Shown piece after piece: positions 8,258 through 18,553 of a stretch of 59,964 nt of DNA. Numbering within the stretch: the stretch's first letter is position 1; each line of letters opens with the position of its first letter. The stretch is taken from positions 1-59,964 of the forward strand of contig JBJEJN010000068.1 in NCBI GenBank assembly GCA_051878085.1. The letters run 5' to 3'. Position numbers and translations under genes: made by a program. Source of the DNA: Aristaeellaceae bacterium. GTDB taxonomy: Bacteria; Bacillota; Clostridia; Christensenellales; Aristaeellaceae. The notes below the pieces were generated by a model. The model had not been told where the DNA came from and did not search any database. It saw only the letters and a program-made list of their open reading frames with translations.

Positions 8258-9985
8258 ATGGAAGCAATGAAGATTTACCAGCAGTGGCTCGCCGACTTCG
8301 CCGACGATCCGCAGACCATCGCCGATCTGAAGGCCATTGAGAACGATCCCGCAGAGATCGAGGATCGCTTTTACCGCGAACTGGAATTCGGCACCGCCGG
8401 CATGCGCGGCGTGCTGGGCGCCGGCACCAATCGCCTGAATATCTACAACGTGCGCCGCGTGACCCGCGCGCTTGCCAAGTACATCCTCACCACCCCCGAC
8501 GGCAAGGACAAGGGCGTGGCCATCGCCTACGACAGCCGCAACATGTCCGACGTGTTCGCCAAGCAGGCCGCGCTGGTGCTCTGCGCCGCGGGCGTGAAGG
8601 TGTTCCTGTTTGAATCCCTGCGCCCCGTGCCGGTGCTGTCCTTCACGATCCGCCACCTGAAGTGCATCGCGGGCATCGTGATCACCGCCAGCCACAACCC
8701 GAAGCAGTACAACGGCTACAAGGCCTACTGGACCGACGGCGGTCAGATGCCGCCCGAGTCCGTCAAGGGCATCACCGACCGCATCCCCGAGACCACCTAC
8801 GCCGAGTCCGTTCCCATGGACGAGCAGGCGGCCCTCGACGCGGGACTGCTCAACTACATCGGCAAGGATGTGGACGACGCGTACATCGCCGCCGTGAAGA
8901 AGCTCTCCGTCAATCCCGAGCTGGCCCGCGAGGTGGGCAAGGATCTGAAGATCGTCTACACCCCCCTGCACGGCTCCGGCAACATCCCGGTGCGCCGCAT
9001 CTTCGATGAGATCGGCATGAAGAACGTCTACGTGGTTCCTGAGCAGGAAAAACCGGACGGCAACTTCCCCACCGTGCGCGTGCCCAACCCCGAGGAGAGC
9101 GACGCGTTCCGCCTGGCACTCCAGATGCAGAAGGAGCTGGGCGCGGACCTGTGCGTGGGCACCGACCCCGACTGCGACCGCGTGGGCATCGCCTGCATGA
9201 CCGCCGACGGCACGCCCCGCCTGCTCAACGGCAACCAGATCGGCTGCGTGCTGCTGCACTACATCCTCTCCCAGAAGAAGGAGCGCGGTGAGCTGCCGGA
9301 GAACGCCGCCGCCGTCACCACCATCGTCTCCACCAACATGGCCGCAGCCATCGCCAAGTCCTTCGGCTGCAAGATGATCGAGGTGCTCACTGGCTTCAAG
9401 TACATCGCCGAGCAGATTCACCTGTTCGAGACCACCGGCTGCAACACCTTCATGTTCGGCTTTGAGGAGAGCTTCGGCTACCTCAGCGGCACCGACGTGC
9501 GCGACAAGGACGGCGTGAACGCCTGCATGCTCATCGCCGAGGCAGCCTGCTATTATAAGAAGAACTTCGGCAAGACCCTGGTGGACGCGATTGACATGCT
9601 CTACCAGCAGTACGGCTACTACGGCGACAAGGTCGTGTCCTTCGTCTGCCCGGGCAAGGACGGCCTCGAAACCATGCAGAACCTGATGGCCTCCCTGCGC
9701 GACAATCCGCCCACCGCCATCGGCGGCGCAAAGGTGGTTGCCCTGCGCGACTACCAGAAGTCCACCCGCGTGGAGGGCGACAAGGTGGAGACCCTGACCC
9801 TGCCCAAGAGCAACGTGCTCTACTTCGAGCTGGAGAACGACGCGTGGGTGTGCGTGCGCCCCTCCGGCACCGAGCCGAAGATCAAGCTCTATGTCAACGC
9901 CGTCTCCGATGCAGCCGAAAAGACCCAGGCGCTGCTGAAGGAGTACGCCGACGCGGCTGTGGAGATCCTCAACGGAAGAATGTAA
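8258..9985 (+). CDS. pgcA: phospho-sugar mutase (alpha-phosphoglucomutase, PgcA-like)
   Basis: Contains the active-site serine loop TASHNPKQYNGYK and the metal loop GTDPDCDR. At about 575 aa it matches Firmicute PgcA in length. The ATG at 8258 follows AAAGGGGAGGA. Confidence 0.9.
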   Translation: MEAMKIYQQWLADFADDPQTIADLKAIENDPAEIEDRFYRELEFGTAGMRGVLGAGTNRLNIYNVRRVTRALAKYILTTPDGKDKGVAIAYDSRNMSDVFAKQAALVLCAAGVKVFLFESLRPVPVLSFTIRHLKCIAGIVITASHNPKQYNGYKAYWTDGGQMPPESVKGITDRIPETTYAESVPMDEQAALDAGLLNYIGKDVDDAYIAAVKKLSVNPELAREVGKDLKIVYTPLHGSGNIPVRRIFDEIGMKNVYVVPEQEKPDGNFPTVRVPNPEESDAFRLALQMQKELGADLCVGTDPDCDRVGIACMTADGTPRLLNGNQIGCVLLHYILSQKKERGELPENAAAVTTIVSTNMAAAIAKSFGCKMIEVLTGFKYIAEQIHLFETTGCNTFMFGFEESFGYLSGTDVRDKDGVNACMLIAEAACYYKKNFGKTLVDAIDMLYQQYGYYGDKVVSFVCPGKDGLETMQNLMASLRDNPPTAIGGAKVVALRDYQKSTRVEGDKVETLTLPKSNVLYFELENDAWVCVRPSGTEPKIKLYVNAVSDAAEKTQALLKEYADAAVEILNGRM

Positions 9986-9986
9986 G

Positions 9987-10259
9987 ATGCCGCTTTCCCT
10001 GAAGCCCACGCCTGCGCCGGAGATCCCCATCGAGGGCGCGGAGATGATCGTTCCGCTGGTCTGCATCGGAATCTTCTTTCTGATCGTGCTCGGCCTGCTG
10101 GCATGGTTCTTCATCGCAATGAACCGCAACGATGCGAGGAGTCAGGAGCGACAGGAGAAGATGTACCGATCCCCGGCCCTGCGCAGGACGGCAAAAATTA
10201 TGGATGCGAGCTGCTTCCGTCCCGGAACACCGGGCTGGAAGCGCTGGTTCCATGGATAA
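9987..10259 (+). CDS. small hypothetical membrane protein
   Basis: 90-aa ORF starting 2 nt after the pgcA stop, with one strong TM segment (IVPLVCIGIFFLIVLGLLAWFFIA). An internal ATG at 10044 is an alternative start. There is no homology evidence. Confidence 0.3.
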   Translation: MPLSLKPTPAPEIPIEGAEMIVPLVCIGIFFLIVLGLLAWFFIAMNRNDARSQERQEKMYRSPALRRTAKIMDASCFRPGTPGWKRWFHG

Positions 10260-10275
10260 GTGAAAGACAGATGAA

Positions 10276-10299
10276 GCCCCCGACCGCACGGCCGGGGGC
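10276..10299. terminator. stem-loop between convergent genes (pgcA/small ORF versus the ATC-hydrolase gene)
   Basis: The arms gcccccg and cgggggc form a hairpin in the 59-nt convergent gap. The T/A tracts are weak. Confidence 0.4.
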
Positions 10300-10318
10300 C
10301 TGTTGTATGAAAGCTGAA

Positions 10319-10819
10319 TTACTTCTTGGAGATGCGGATCTGGCAGACGTCGTCGCCCTTGGCCAGGGTCTTGCCCAGCTCGAAGGAGAAGCCCTCGTTG
10401 GCGTAGGTGGAGATGATGCCGCGGTCGCCGTCCATGGCGATGTCGCACAGCTCCGGCATGTCCTCCTCGGGCAGGCCCAGCTTGCGCCAGGCAGCCAGCA
10501 GCGGGCAGTAGTGGAAGTCGATGTTCAGGGCCTTCTCGCTCTGCTCCAGGATCTCCATCTCGAAGATGTCGACCACGTCGGGATTGGCGAACTCGGGGGC
10601 GAACACGGTCAGATCGTCGGTGCGGGAATACTTGTTGTTGCCGTGGAAGCAGCCGCAGCGCAGGATGGCCTTGTGGGCGAACTCGGTGCTCAGGCCGGCC
10701 TTCTTGGCCTCGTCGATCAGCAGACCCATCCAGGTGGCGCGATGCTCGATGAAGCCGCGCATCTTCTGGGTGTTGGCATCGGTCTTGGTGGGCACGTTGT
10801 TGTTCTTAATCTCGCTCAT
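10319..10819 (-). CDS. L-2-amino-thiazoline-4-carboxylic acid hydrolase (ATC hydrolase) family protein
   Basis: 166-aa ORF. The segments RCGCFHG...FHYCPLLAAWRKLG...CDIAMDGD match my memory of this small family. It lies 27 nt downstream of the dihydroxyacetone kinase gene. Confidence 0.6.
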   Translation of the reverse strand: MSEIKNNNVPTKTDANTQKMRGFIEHRATWMGLLIDEAKKAGLSTEFAHKAILRCGCFHGNNKYSRTDDLTVFAPEFANPDVVDIFEMEILEQSEKALNIDFHYCPLLAAWRKLGLPEEDMPELCDIAMDGDRGIISTYANEGFSFELGKTLAKGDDVCQIRISKK

Positions 10820-10846
10820 TTTCTTCTCTTCTCCTTTTTATGCGGC

Positions 10847-12604
10847 TCAAATGAGGTTGGCCGCAATGTAATCGCAAAGGCATTCGATCTGGTAGCTCAT
10901 GGTGACAGCACCCGCGTCCAGATGACCAACGCCCTTGTTGGTCTGGTAGCTGGCGCGGCCCTTCACGGCTTCCATGCCGCGGGTGGCCTCCGCGCCGTCG
11001 ACGGCGGCCTTCTTGACCTCCGCCAGGGTCTCCGCCGCGCCCTTGCCGGACTCGATGGCGGCCTTGTAGGCCTGCACCGCCGGATACAGCGCATCGATCA
11101 TGGTCTTCATGCCCGGCTCCGCCTTGCCGCGCGCCATCATGTCGCTGACCATGGCCTCCAGCGCGTTGCACAGGCCGCGATTGGTCAGCTCCGCCTTGCC
11201 GGCGCAGCTGCGGGCCGCAGCCATGTACGCGCCGCCGTAGAGGATGCCGGAGGAGCCGCCGATCTTGCTCATCATCAGCATGCCGATCTTCTTGAACACG
11301 TCGCAGATGGGCATGGCGCGCATCTCGTCGCTGGCGGCAACCAGGTTCTCAAAGCCCATGTTGATGTTGGCCCAGTGGTCGCCGTCGCCGGTGGCCGCGT
11401 CCAGGGAGGTGACGTAGTCACCGTTCTCGTAGATCTTCCTGGCTGTGATGTTGATGTAGTTGACGTAGTCCTGCGCGCTCAGGGTAAAGGGCGTGCTGTC
11501 CTCGTCGCCGAAGGGCGCTGCGGCCTGCACGGGCGCATCGTCGCTCTGCACGGCGTGGGTGGGAGCCTCGACGGTCTCGGCAGCGGCGGTCTCGCCCGCA
11601 GCAATCGCGCCTGCAACCTGGAAGGCGGGAGCCTCGCTGGGATAGTCCAGGCAGGCCTTCAGCTCGTCGTCCAGCTTGAGCAGGGTCACGGATGCGCCGG
11701 CCATCTCCAGGGAGGTCATGTAGTTGCCCACGAAGGTCTTGTAGGCCTTGATTCCCTTGGCTTCGAGGATCTGCTGCACCTCGTTGTTGAGGATGTAGAG
11801 CTCCATCAGCGGCGTGCCGCCCAGGCCGTTGACCATCACGGCGACCTCGCTGCCCTCGAAGATGTCGGTGTCGGCGAAGATCTTGCCCAGGAGCTTATTG
11901 GCGATGTCCTTCGCGGAGGAGATGGGCTCGCGGTTGATGCCGGGCTCGCCGTGGATGCCCATGCCGATCTCGATCTCGTCCTCGGCGAGGGTGAAGCCGG
12001 GCTTGCCCACGCCGGGCAGGATGCAGGGGGACATGGCCATGCCCATGGTGCGCACGTTGGCGATGGTCTTTTCCGCCACGGCCTTGACCTCGGCAAGGCT
12101 CTTGCCCATCTCGGCGGCTGCGCCCGCGATCTTGTGCACAAACACGGTGCCCGCGATGCCGCGACGGCCGGTGGAATAGGTGCTGTCCTCCACGGCCACA
12201 TCGTCCTTGACCACCACGTAGTCGGTCTTGATGCCGTCCAGAGCGGCCATCTCGCCGGACATGGTGAAGTTCATGATGTCGCCGGAGTAGTTCTTGATAA
12301 TCATCAGCACGCCCGCGCCGGAGTCCGCCGCCTTGATGCCCTCCACGATGCGATCCGGGGACGGGGAGGCGAACACGTTGCCGGCCACCGCTGCGTCCAG
12401 CATGCCCTTGCCCACGTAGCCCGCGTGCGCAGGCTCGTGACCGCTGCCGCCGCCGGAGACCAGGCCGACCTTGCCCTGCTTCTTCTCCCGGCGGGCGATG
12501 ACCTCAACGCCCTCGCCCAGGTAGACCACTGCGGGGTTCGCCCTGGCGAGGCCCTGCAGCATCTCGCTGACCACATTGTTGGGATTGTTGATAATCTTCT
12601 TCAT
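10847..12604 (-). CDS. dihydroxyacetone (glycerone) kinase, fused DhaK-DhaL type
   Basis: The Dak1 motif VSGGGSGHEPAHAGYVG and the Dak2 motif ATGDGDHW occur in one 585-aa protein, joined by an Ala/Pro-rich linker. AAAGGAGAAG precedes the ATG. Confidence 0.9.
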   Translation of the reverse strand: MKKIINNPNNVVSEMLQGLARANPAVVYLGEGVEVIARREKKQGKVGLVSGGGSGHEPAHAGYVGKGMLDAAVAGNVFASPSPDRIVEGIKAADSGAGVLMIIKNYSGDIMNFTMSGEMAALDGIKTDYVVVKDDVAVEDSTYSTGRRGIAGTVFVHKIAGAAAEMGKSLAEVKAVAEKTIANVRTMGMAMSPCILPGVGKPGFTLAEDEIEIGMGIHGEPGINREPISSAKDIANKLLGKIFADTDIFEGSEVAVMVNGLGGTPLMELYILNNEVQQILEAKGIKAYKTFVGNYMTSLEMAGASVTLLKLDDELKACLDYPSEAPAFQVAGAIAAGETAAAETVEAPTHAVQSDDAPVQAAAPFGDEDSTPFTLSAQDYVNYINITARKIYENGDYVTSLDAATGDGDHWANINMGFENLVAASDEMRAMPICDVFKKIGMLMMSKIGGSSGILYGGAYMAAARSCAGKAELTNRGLCNALEAMVSDMMARGKAEPGMKTMIDALYPAVQAYKAAIESGKGAAETLAEVKKAAVDGAEATRGMEAVKGRASYQTNKGVGHLDAGAVTMSYQIECLCDYIAANLI

Positions 12605-12724
12605 GCTTGCTTCTCCTTTGAATATTGTTGATGATTCTTCGGAAGCCGCCGGATTCGGGCGGCGCTGCCGGAACCCCCGCCGCGCGGAGGTTTACGTAAA
12701 TGCATGTTCAGTTGATGGGCCGGT

Positions 12725-13442
<718 letters not shown>

Positions 13443-13456
<14 letters not shown>

Positions 13457-14222
13457 TCTTCTTGCGCTCCTCTCCCAGATAGGCGTGGATGACCTGCTCG
13501 TTGTTGGCGATCTCCTCCGGCAGGCCGTCGGCGATCAGCTTGCCGTGGTCCAGCACGTAGATGCGGTCGGAGATGTTCATGACCACGTTCATGTCGTGCT
13601 CGATCAGCAACACCGTGTAGCCGATCTCCTTCAGGTGGCGGATGAAGCGCAGCAGCTCCACGCTCTCCGCAGGGTTCATGCCGGCGGCGGGCTCGTCCAG
13701 CAGCAAAAGCTTTGCATCCGTGGCCATCGCGCGGGCGATCTCCACCTTGCGCTGCTCACCGTAGGGCAGGCTCTCGGCGTAGCTGTTGATGTACTTGTCC
13801 AGGCCGATGGAGTTGAGAATCTCGATGGCCTTGACGGTCTTGTCGCTCTCCTCCCTGCGGAAGGCGGGGGTGCGGAACAGACTCTGGAAGAAGTTGTACT
13901 TCGTGTTGATGTGGGTGCCCACCAGAACGTTCTCGATGACGCGCATCTTGGGGAAGAGGCGCAGGTTCTGGAAGGTGCGGGAGATGCCGCGGGTGACGAT
14001 CTCCTGGGGCGTCTTGCCGTCGATGCGCTCGTCCTGGAAGGAGATCGCGCCCTCGGTGATCTGATAAACGCCGGTGAGCATGTTGAACACGGTGGTCTTG
14101 CCCGCGCCGTTGGGGCCGATCAGCGAGACGATCTCGCCCTGATCCACGTGGAAGCTGACGTTGTCCACGGCGCGCAGGCCGCCGAACTGGATCGTGATGT
14201 TTTCAACGTTCAGAAAGCTCAT
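13443..14222 (-). CDS. livG: branched-chain amino-acid ABC transporter ATP-binding protein (LivG-type)
   Basis: Walker A GPNGAGKTT, signature LPYGEQR and Walker B LLLLDEPAAG. Overlaps livM by 4 nt. Confidence 0.9.
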
Positions 14223-15304
14223 GCCTGCGCTCCTTTCTCCTCGACCACGATGGCGTCGGTGGGTTCAATGCCCTGCTCCTTCAGCTTTGCGCGGGTGCGC
14301 CTGGAGAGCTTGTAGGGCAGCGTGGACTGCCAGCCCAGCGCGCCCTGGGGACGGAACTGCATCATGACCACCAGCAGCACGCCGTAGATGACGAAGCGCC
14401 ACTCGTTCAGGAAGCGGAACACCTGGGGGAACAGCTGCAGCAGCGCCGCGCCGAAGAACATGCCGCGGATCGTGCCCAGACCGCCGACAACCACCACGGA
14501 GATGATCAGCACGGAGACGTTGAACACGAAGTTGGTGGGCTCGATGTAGCCGTTGTTGATGACGGAGTAGAAGCCGCCCGCGATGCCCGTGATGAACGCC
14601 GAGATGACGAAGGACAGGATCTTGTAGCGGGAGGTCTTGATGCCCATCATGGTTGCCGCCAGCTCGTCGTCCTTGATGGCGAGGAAGGCGCGGCCGGACT
14701 TGGACTTCTTGATGGCCATGCAGCCCAGCGCCGTGAGCGTCACCAGCACCAGTATAATGAAGTAGAAGCCGCCATTCTGGAGCTTGAATTCAAAGCCGAA
14801 GAGCTCCGGTTTGGGGATGTTGCGGATGCCGTAGTTGCCGTTGGTCACGCTCTCCCACTGCTTGAGGATCATCTGCACGATCTCGCAGAAGCCCAGGGTG
14901 ACGATGGAGAGGTAGGTGCCCGACAGGCGCAGCGTGGGCAGGCCCAGCAGGAAGCCGATGAGGGCCGTAAAGCAGCCGCCCGCCAGCAGCGCCGGCCAGA
15001 ACGACCAGCCCAGCTTGGTGGTCAGCAGCGCGCAGCAGTACGCGCCGATGCCGTAGAAGCCCGCGTGGCCCAGGGAGACCAGGCCCGTGTAGCCGGTGAG
15101 CACGTTGAGGCCCATGCCCAGCATCGCGTAGAGCAGGATCATGGTCACGATGCGCTGGTTGGAGCGGCTCGCCAGCGGCGTGAAGGGGAAGGCGATCGCG
15201 ATGGCCGCGACCAGGAGGATGAAGACCGGCTTGTACGCGTCGATGAAGTGCTCAAAAACGTACAAGAAGCCGTTCTTTTTGATGCTGCCGATATTCTTCT
15301 TCAT
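14219..15304 (-). CDS. livM: branched-chain amino-acid ABC transporter permease (LivM-type)
   Basis: 361-aa polytopic membrane protein in the conserved liv operon position. Confidence 0.85.
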   Translation of the reverse strand: MKKNIGSIKKNGFLYVFEHFIDAYKPVFILLVAAIAIAFPFTPLASRSNQRIVTMILLYAMLGMGLNVLTGYTGLVSLGHAGFYGIGAYCCALLTTKLGWSFWPALLAGGCFTALIGFLLGLPTLRLSGTYLSIVTLGFCEIVQMILKQWESVTNGNYGIRNIPKPELFGFEFKLQNGGFYFIILVLVTLTALGCMAIKKSKSGRAFLAIKDDELAATMMGIKTSRYKILSFVISAFITGIAGGFYSVINNGYIEPTNFVFNVSVLIISVVVVGGLGTIRGMFFGAALLQLFPQVFRFLNEWRFVIYGVLLVVMMQFRPQGALGWQSTLPYKLSRRTRAKLKEQGIEPTDAIVVEEKGAQA

Positions 15305-15307
15305 ACG

Positions 15308-16195
15308 TTATACCTTTGTTACGCCTTTCTTGCCGAACAGACCGGTCGGCTTGATGATGAGGATCAGGATCAGAATCACGAAGGCCATGGGGTCGCGCAC
15401 GTTGCTGCCCAGGTACTGAGCCGCGAGGCACTCCGCCACGCCGACCACCAGGCCGCCGACCACGGAGCCGTGCAGGATGCCGATGCCGCCCACGACCGCC
15501 GCCGCGAAGGCCTTCAGGCCGATGGTGGAGCCCATGGTGGGCGAGATGACCTGATAGTAGCCGCCGATCAGCGCGCCGGCGATGGCCGCGCAGGCGCCGC
15601 CGATGAAGAAGGTGAAGGAGATGACGAAGTTGACGTTGATGCCCATGAGGTTGGCCGCCTTGGTGTTCTGCTCGGTGGCGCGCATCGCCAGGCCGATCTT
15701 CGTCTTCTGCACCAGGAAGGTCAGGATCAGAAGCAGGATCACCGCCACGATCAGCATGATGATCTGGCTGGACTGGATGGTGATGTTGCCGATGGAGATG
15801 TTGCCGAAGAGGTTCATGGACGGGAAGGAACGCTTCTCACTGCCGAATACATACTCGATGGAGAGCACGTTCTGAATTATGAAGGACATACCGATGGTGG
15901 TGATGAGGGTCGCGATCGGTATGGATTTTTTCTTGCGGAGGGGTTCCAGCGCGACCTTGTCGATGGTCAGCGCCAGCAGGCCGGAGAGCACCACCGCGAT
16001 GATGACGGCGGGCAGCAGGCCGAAGTTGAGGGATACGAAGAAGTAAACCATGTACGCACCAAAGGCATACACTGCGCTGTGCGAGAAATTGATGAGTCGG
16101 AGAACACCGAACACCATCGAATAGCCAACGGCAATCAGCGCGTATGCCATACCAAGTGCAAGACCGTTTATCAGGGTTCCGATGAGTGTCTGCAT
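15308..16195 (-). CDS. livH: branched-chain amino-acid ABC transporter permease (LivH-type)
   Basis: 295-aa polytopic membrane protein with N-terminus LINGLALGMAYALIAVGYSMVFGVL, which is typical of LivH. Confidence 0.85.
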   Translation of the reverse strand: MQTLIGTLINGLALGMAYALIAVGYSMVFGVLRLINFSHSAVYAFGAYMVYFFVSLNFGLLPAVIIAVVLSGLLALTIDKVALEPLRKKKSIPIATLITTIGMSFIIQNVLSIEYVFGSEKRSFPSMNLFGNISIGNITIQSSQIIMLIVAVILLLILTFLVQKTKIGLAMRATEQNTKAANLMGINVNFVISFTFFIGGACAAIAGALIGGYYQVISPTMGSTIGLKAFAAAVVGGIGILHGSVVGGLVVGVAECLAAQYLGSNVRDPMAFVILILILIIKPTGLFGKKGVTKV

Positions 16196-16293
16196 AGTAC
16201 ATCATGTCGCCGCCTGAGGGTGTCGGCAACATTCCCCTTTCTGCTTGTGTTGTGGACGAATCGTTCCAATGCGGGTTTTGCGCCTTTAAGATG

Positions 16294-16320
16294 GTCGGGG
16301 AGGATGACATCCTCCCCGAC
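16294..16320 (-). other. intercistronic stem-loop after the livJ-type binding-protein gene
   Basis: An 11-bp perfect stem, gtcggggagga-tgaca-tcctccccgac, with no U-tract. Confidence 0.6.
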
Positions 16321-16341
16321 CCAAAGCTCCGTTGCTCTGAA

Positions 16342-17460
16342 TTAGAACTCAGCCAGCGTGAAAGCGCCGTCCTTGACCATGATCTTGGTGAACACCTTCT
16401 GGGCGTCGCCGATCTCGTCGAAGGTGGTGTAGCCGGACATGCCGTCGTACTCGGTCTCGTACATTGCGTCCTTGACCGCCTCGCGATCCAGCACGCCAGC
16501 GCGCTCGATGGCCTCCAGCAGGATGCCGGTGGAGTCGTAGGCCTGGGTGGTCAGCGCGGAGGGCGCGGAGCCGTAAGCCTCGGTGTAGGCGGCGACGTAG
16601 GCCTGGATGCGCTCGTCGGTGCTGCCCGCGAAGAAGGAGACGGGAGCGTAGATGCCCTCGGCGGCCTCGCCGGCGATCTCGATCAGGTTGTTGGTGTAGG
16701 CGTTGGAGCAGCCGACCAGCTTCACGTCGTAGTCGCTGTTGTTGCAGGCGACGGCGAAGGGAGCCAGGGTGCCGTACATGCCGGCGACCATGATCACGTC
16801 GCAGCCGGCAGCCTTGAAGTTGGCGATCTCGGTGGCGAAGTCAACCGCGTCGGTGGAGACTTCCTGGCGCAGCACGAAGTTGCCGCCGATGTCCTGGATG
16901 TTGGCTTCCATGGCGTTGCCGGCGGACTGGCCCCACTCGGAGTCGATGGACAGCACGCCGATGGCCTGGCCGCCCAGATCGTTCACGGCCATCTCCGCGC
17001 CCGTGCGGGTCTCAACGGTGATGACGGTGTTGTTGCGGAAGATGTAATCGCCGATGCCGGAGTAGTCGGCATGGGAGGAGGTGGGGCTGATGTTGACGTA
17101 CTCAGCGTCCTGATAGGTCGGAGCAGCGACCATGCAGATGCCGGAGGCGAAGTGGCCGATGACGCCCCAGATGTCCTCATCGGAAACGATGTTCTCGGCG
17201 ATGATGGCAGCCTCGTCGGAGTCGGACTTGTCGTCGTACTCCACGATCTCAACGGTATAGGTCTCGTCGCCGACGGTCACGCCGCCCTTGGCATTCCACT
17301 CGGAGGCCATGAGCTTTGCAGCGTTGGCAAAGCCGATGCCGTACTCCGCGTTGTCACCGGTCATGGGGCCGGCGACCGCGATCTTGATGGTGCCCTCGGC
17401 AAAGGCGCCGCAGCTCAGGATCAGAGCCAGAGTCAGGACGATTGCAAAAATCTTCTTCAT
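16342..17460 (-). CDS. livJ: branched-chain amino-acid ABC transporter substrate-binding lipoprotein (LivJ/K-type)
   Basis: Signal peptide with lipobox LILSCG, followed by a type-I periplasmic-binding fold (IKIAVAGPMTGDNAEYG). It is the first gene of the operon. Confidence 0.85.
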   Translation of the reverse strand: MKKIFAIVLTLALILSCGAFAEGTIKIAVAGPMTGDNAEYGIGFANAAKLMASEWNAKGGVTVGDETYTVEIVEYDDKSDSDEAAIIAENIVSDEDIWGVIGHFASGICMVAAPTYQDAEYVNISPTSSHADYSGIGDYIFRNNTVITVETRTGAEMAVNDLGGQAIGVLSIDSEWGQSAGNAMEANIQDIGGNFVLRQEVSTDAVDFATEIANFKAAGCDVIMVAGMYGTLAPFAVACNNSDYDVKLVGCSNAYTNNLIEIAGEAAEGIYAPVSFFAGSTDERIQAYVAAYTEAYGSAPSALTTQAYDSTGILLEAIERAGVLDREAVKDAMYETEYDGMSGYTTFDEIGDAQKVFTKIMVKDGAFTLAEF

Positions 17461-17607
17461 TATTGTTGCGCTCCTTTTTTCTTTTTATTTCAAAGGCGGC
17501 GTGCCGCGCGCCTTTAAAACCGGGCTCGTGCTTCGTGGTATGACCAGGATTTCGGCAGTTCCGACGACGATCTTTCGATTGAATATGTATTGTGAACTTT
17601 ATGAGAT

Positions 17608-17636
17608 ATTATAGCATGCAGTTTACCCGCTGTCAA
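17608..17636 (-). promoter_or_regulatory. sigma-70-type promoter of the liv operon
   Basis: Minus strand reads TTGACA-17 nt-TATAAT, which is consensus. It leaves a leader of about 140 nt before the livJ ATG. Confidence 0.7.
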
Positions 17637-17760
17637 CGCAAAAAAGTCTGTGCACGCAAATATTCCCGGCGAAGTAAAATACTTCCCTGTTATTTAACAC
17701 AGGGCGCATCCGCGCCGCCGGCCTGGTCATATTAAATTGCGAAGATGGGCCCGCAACGCA

Positions 17761-17789
17761 TTGACAAAAGCATCAAAATGGAATAATAT
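17761..17789 (+). promoter_or_regulatory. sigma-70-type promoter of the GntR / cysteine-desulfidase pair
   Basis: TTGACA-17 nt-TAATAT. Confidence 0.65.
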
Positions 17790-17884
17790 TAAGTGGAGTC
17801 ATGAGCAGAATTCATCGAAAATGCCTGCAAAGACAGCCATTTCGCCGGATGAATTCAAGTACGATGCAATGGGGCTTGACTGAT

Positions 17885-18553
17885 ATGACCAGTTTGAACG
17901 GAGCGACGTTGAAGGAGCAGGTCTACACCACGGTGATGCACAACCTGATCGACGGTTCCTACAACGTGGAGAGCGTTCTCAGCGAGAAAAAGCTCTCCGA
18001 ACAGCTGAATGTGTCCAAGGCGCCGGTGCGCGAGGCGCTGGTGGAGCTGTGCGCGCAGGGCGTGCTGCGCAGCATTCCCCGCCAGGGCTACATGGTCGTG
18101 CGCTACACCGAGCGCGAGGTGCAGGAGATCCTCCAGTACCGGATCCTGCTGGAATGCGGCGCGCTGGAGAGCTGCTTTGATCAGATCACGCCGGTGCAGC
18201 TGCGGCATCTGGAGAGCGCCTCGGAGAGCGAGATCCTCTACCACTCCATGCGGGACGCCAAGGATTACTGGAACCGCACGGCAAATTTCCACCTGACGCT
18301 GATCTCCTTTTCGGGCAACGAATACCTGTTCAACAGCCTGAAAACGGCGCTGGAGACCTGCATGCGCGCCTATCAGCAGCTGTACTTCAGCAAGGCGCAG
18401 GACGATCTGCCGGAGCTTCCGCTGAATCACATGGAAATCGTGGACAGCATACGCAAGGGCGACAAGGAGCGCGCGGTGGCAACGCTGCGCAGGGATATCT
18501 GCACGTTCTTTTCGCCGGAAGATATTATGAAGGGGAGCCAGAACAATGGATAG
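17885..18553 (+). CDS. GntR-family transcriptional regulator (FadR/FCD subfamily)
   Basis: Winged-HTH segment LSEKKLSEQLNVSKAPVREALVELCAQGVLRSIPRQGYMV, followed by an all-helical C-terminal domain. Alternative upstream ATGs lie at 17801 and 17864; the stop is firm. Confidence 0.8.
   Translation: MTSLNGATLKEQVYTTVMHNLIDGSYNVESVLSEKKLSEQLNVSKAPVREALVELCAQGVLRSIPRQGYMVVRYTEREVQEILQYRILLECGALESCFDQITPVQLRHLESASESEILYHSMRDAKDYWNRTANFHLTLISFSGNEYLFNSLKTALETCMRAYQQLYFSKAQDDLPELPLNHMEIVDSIRKGDKERAVATLRRDICTFFSPEDIMKGSQNNG

Noticed and set aside
17461-17607. Roughly 140-nt leader of the liv operon as a possible T-box or attenuator.
   Set aside because: It is too short for a T-box. The one hairpin (aaaggcg...cgccttt, about 17489-17515) is followed by an A-rich rather than a U-rich tract on the transcribed strand. 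No leader peptide is evident.
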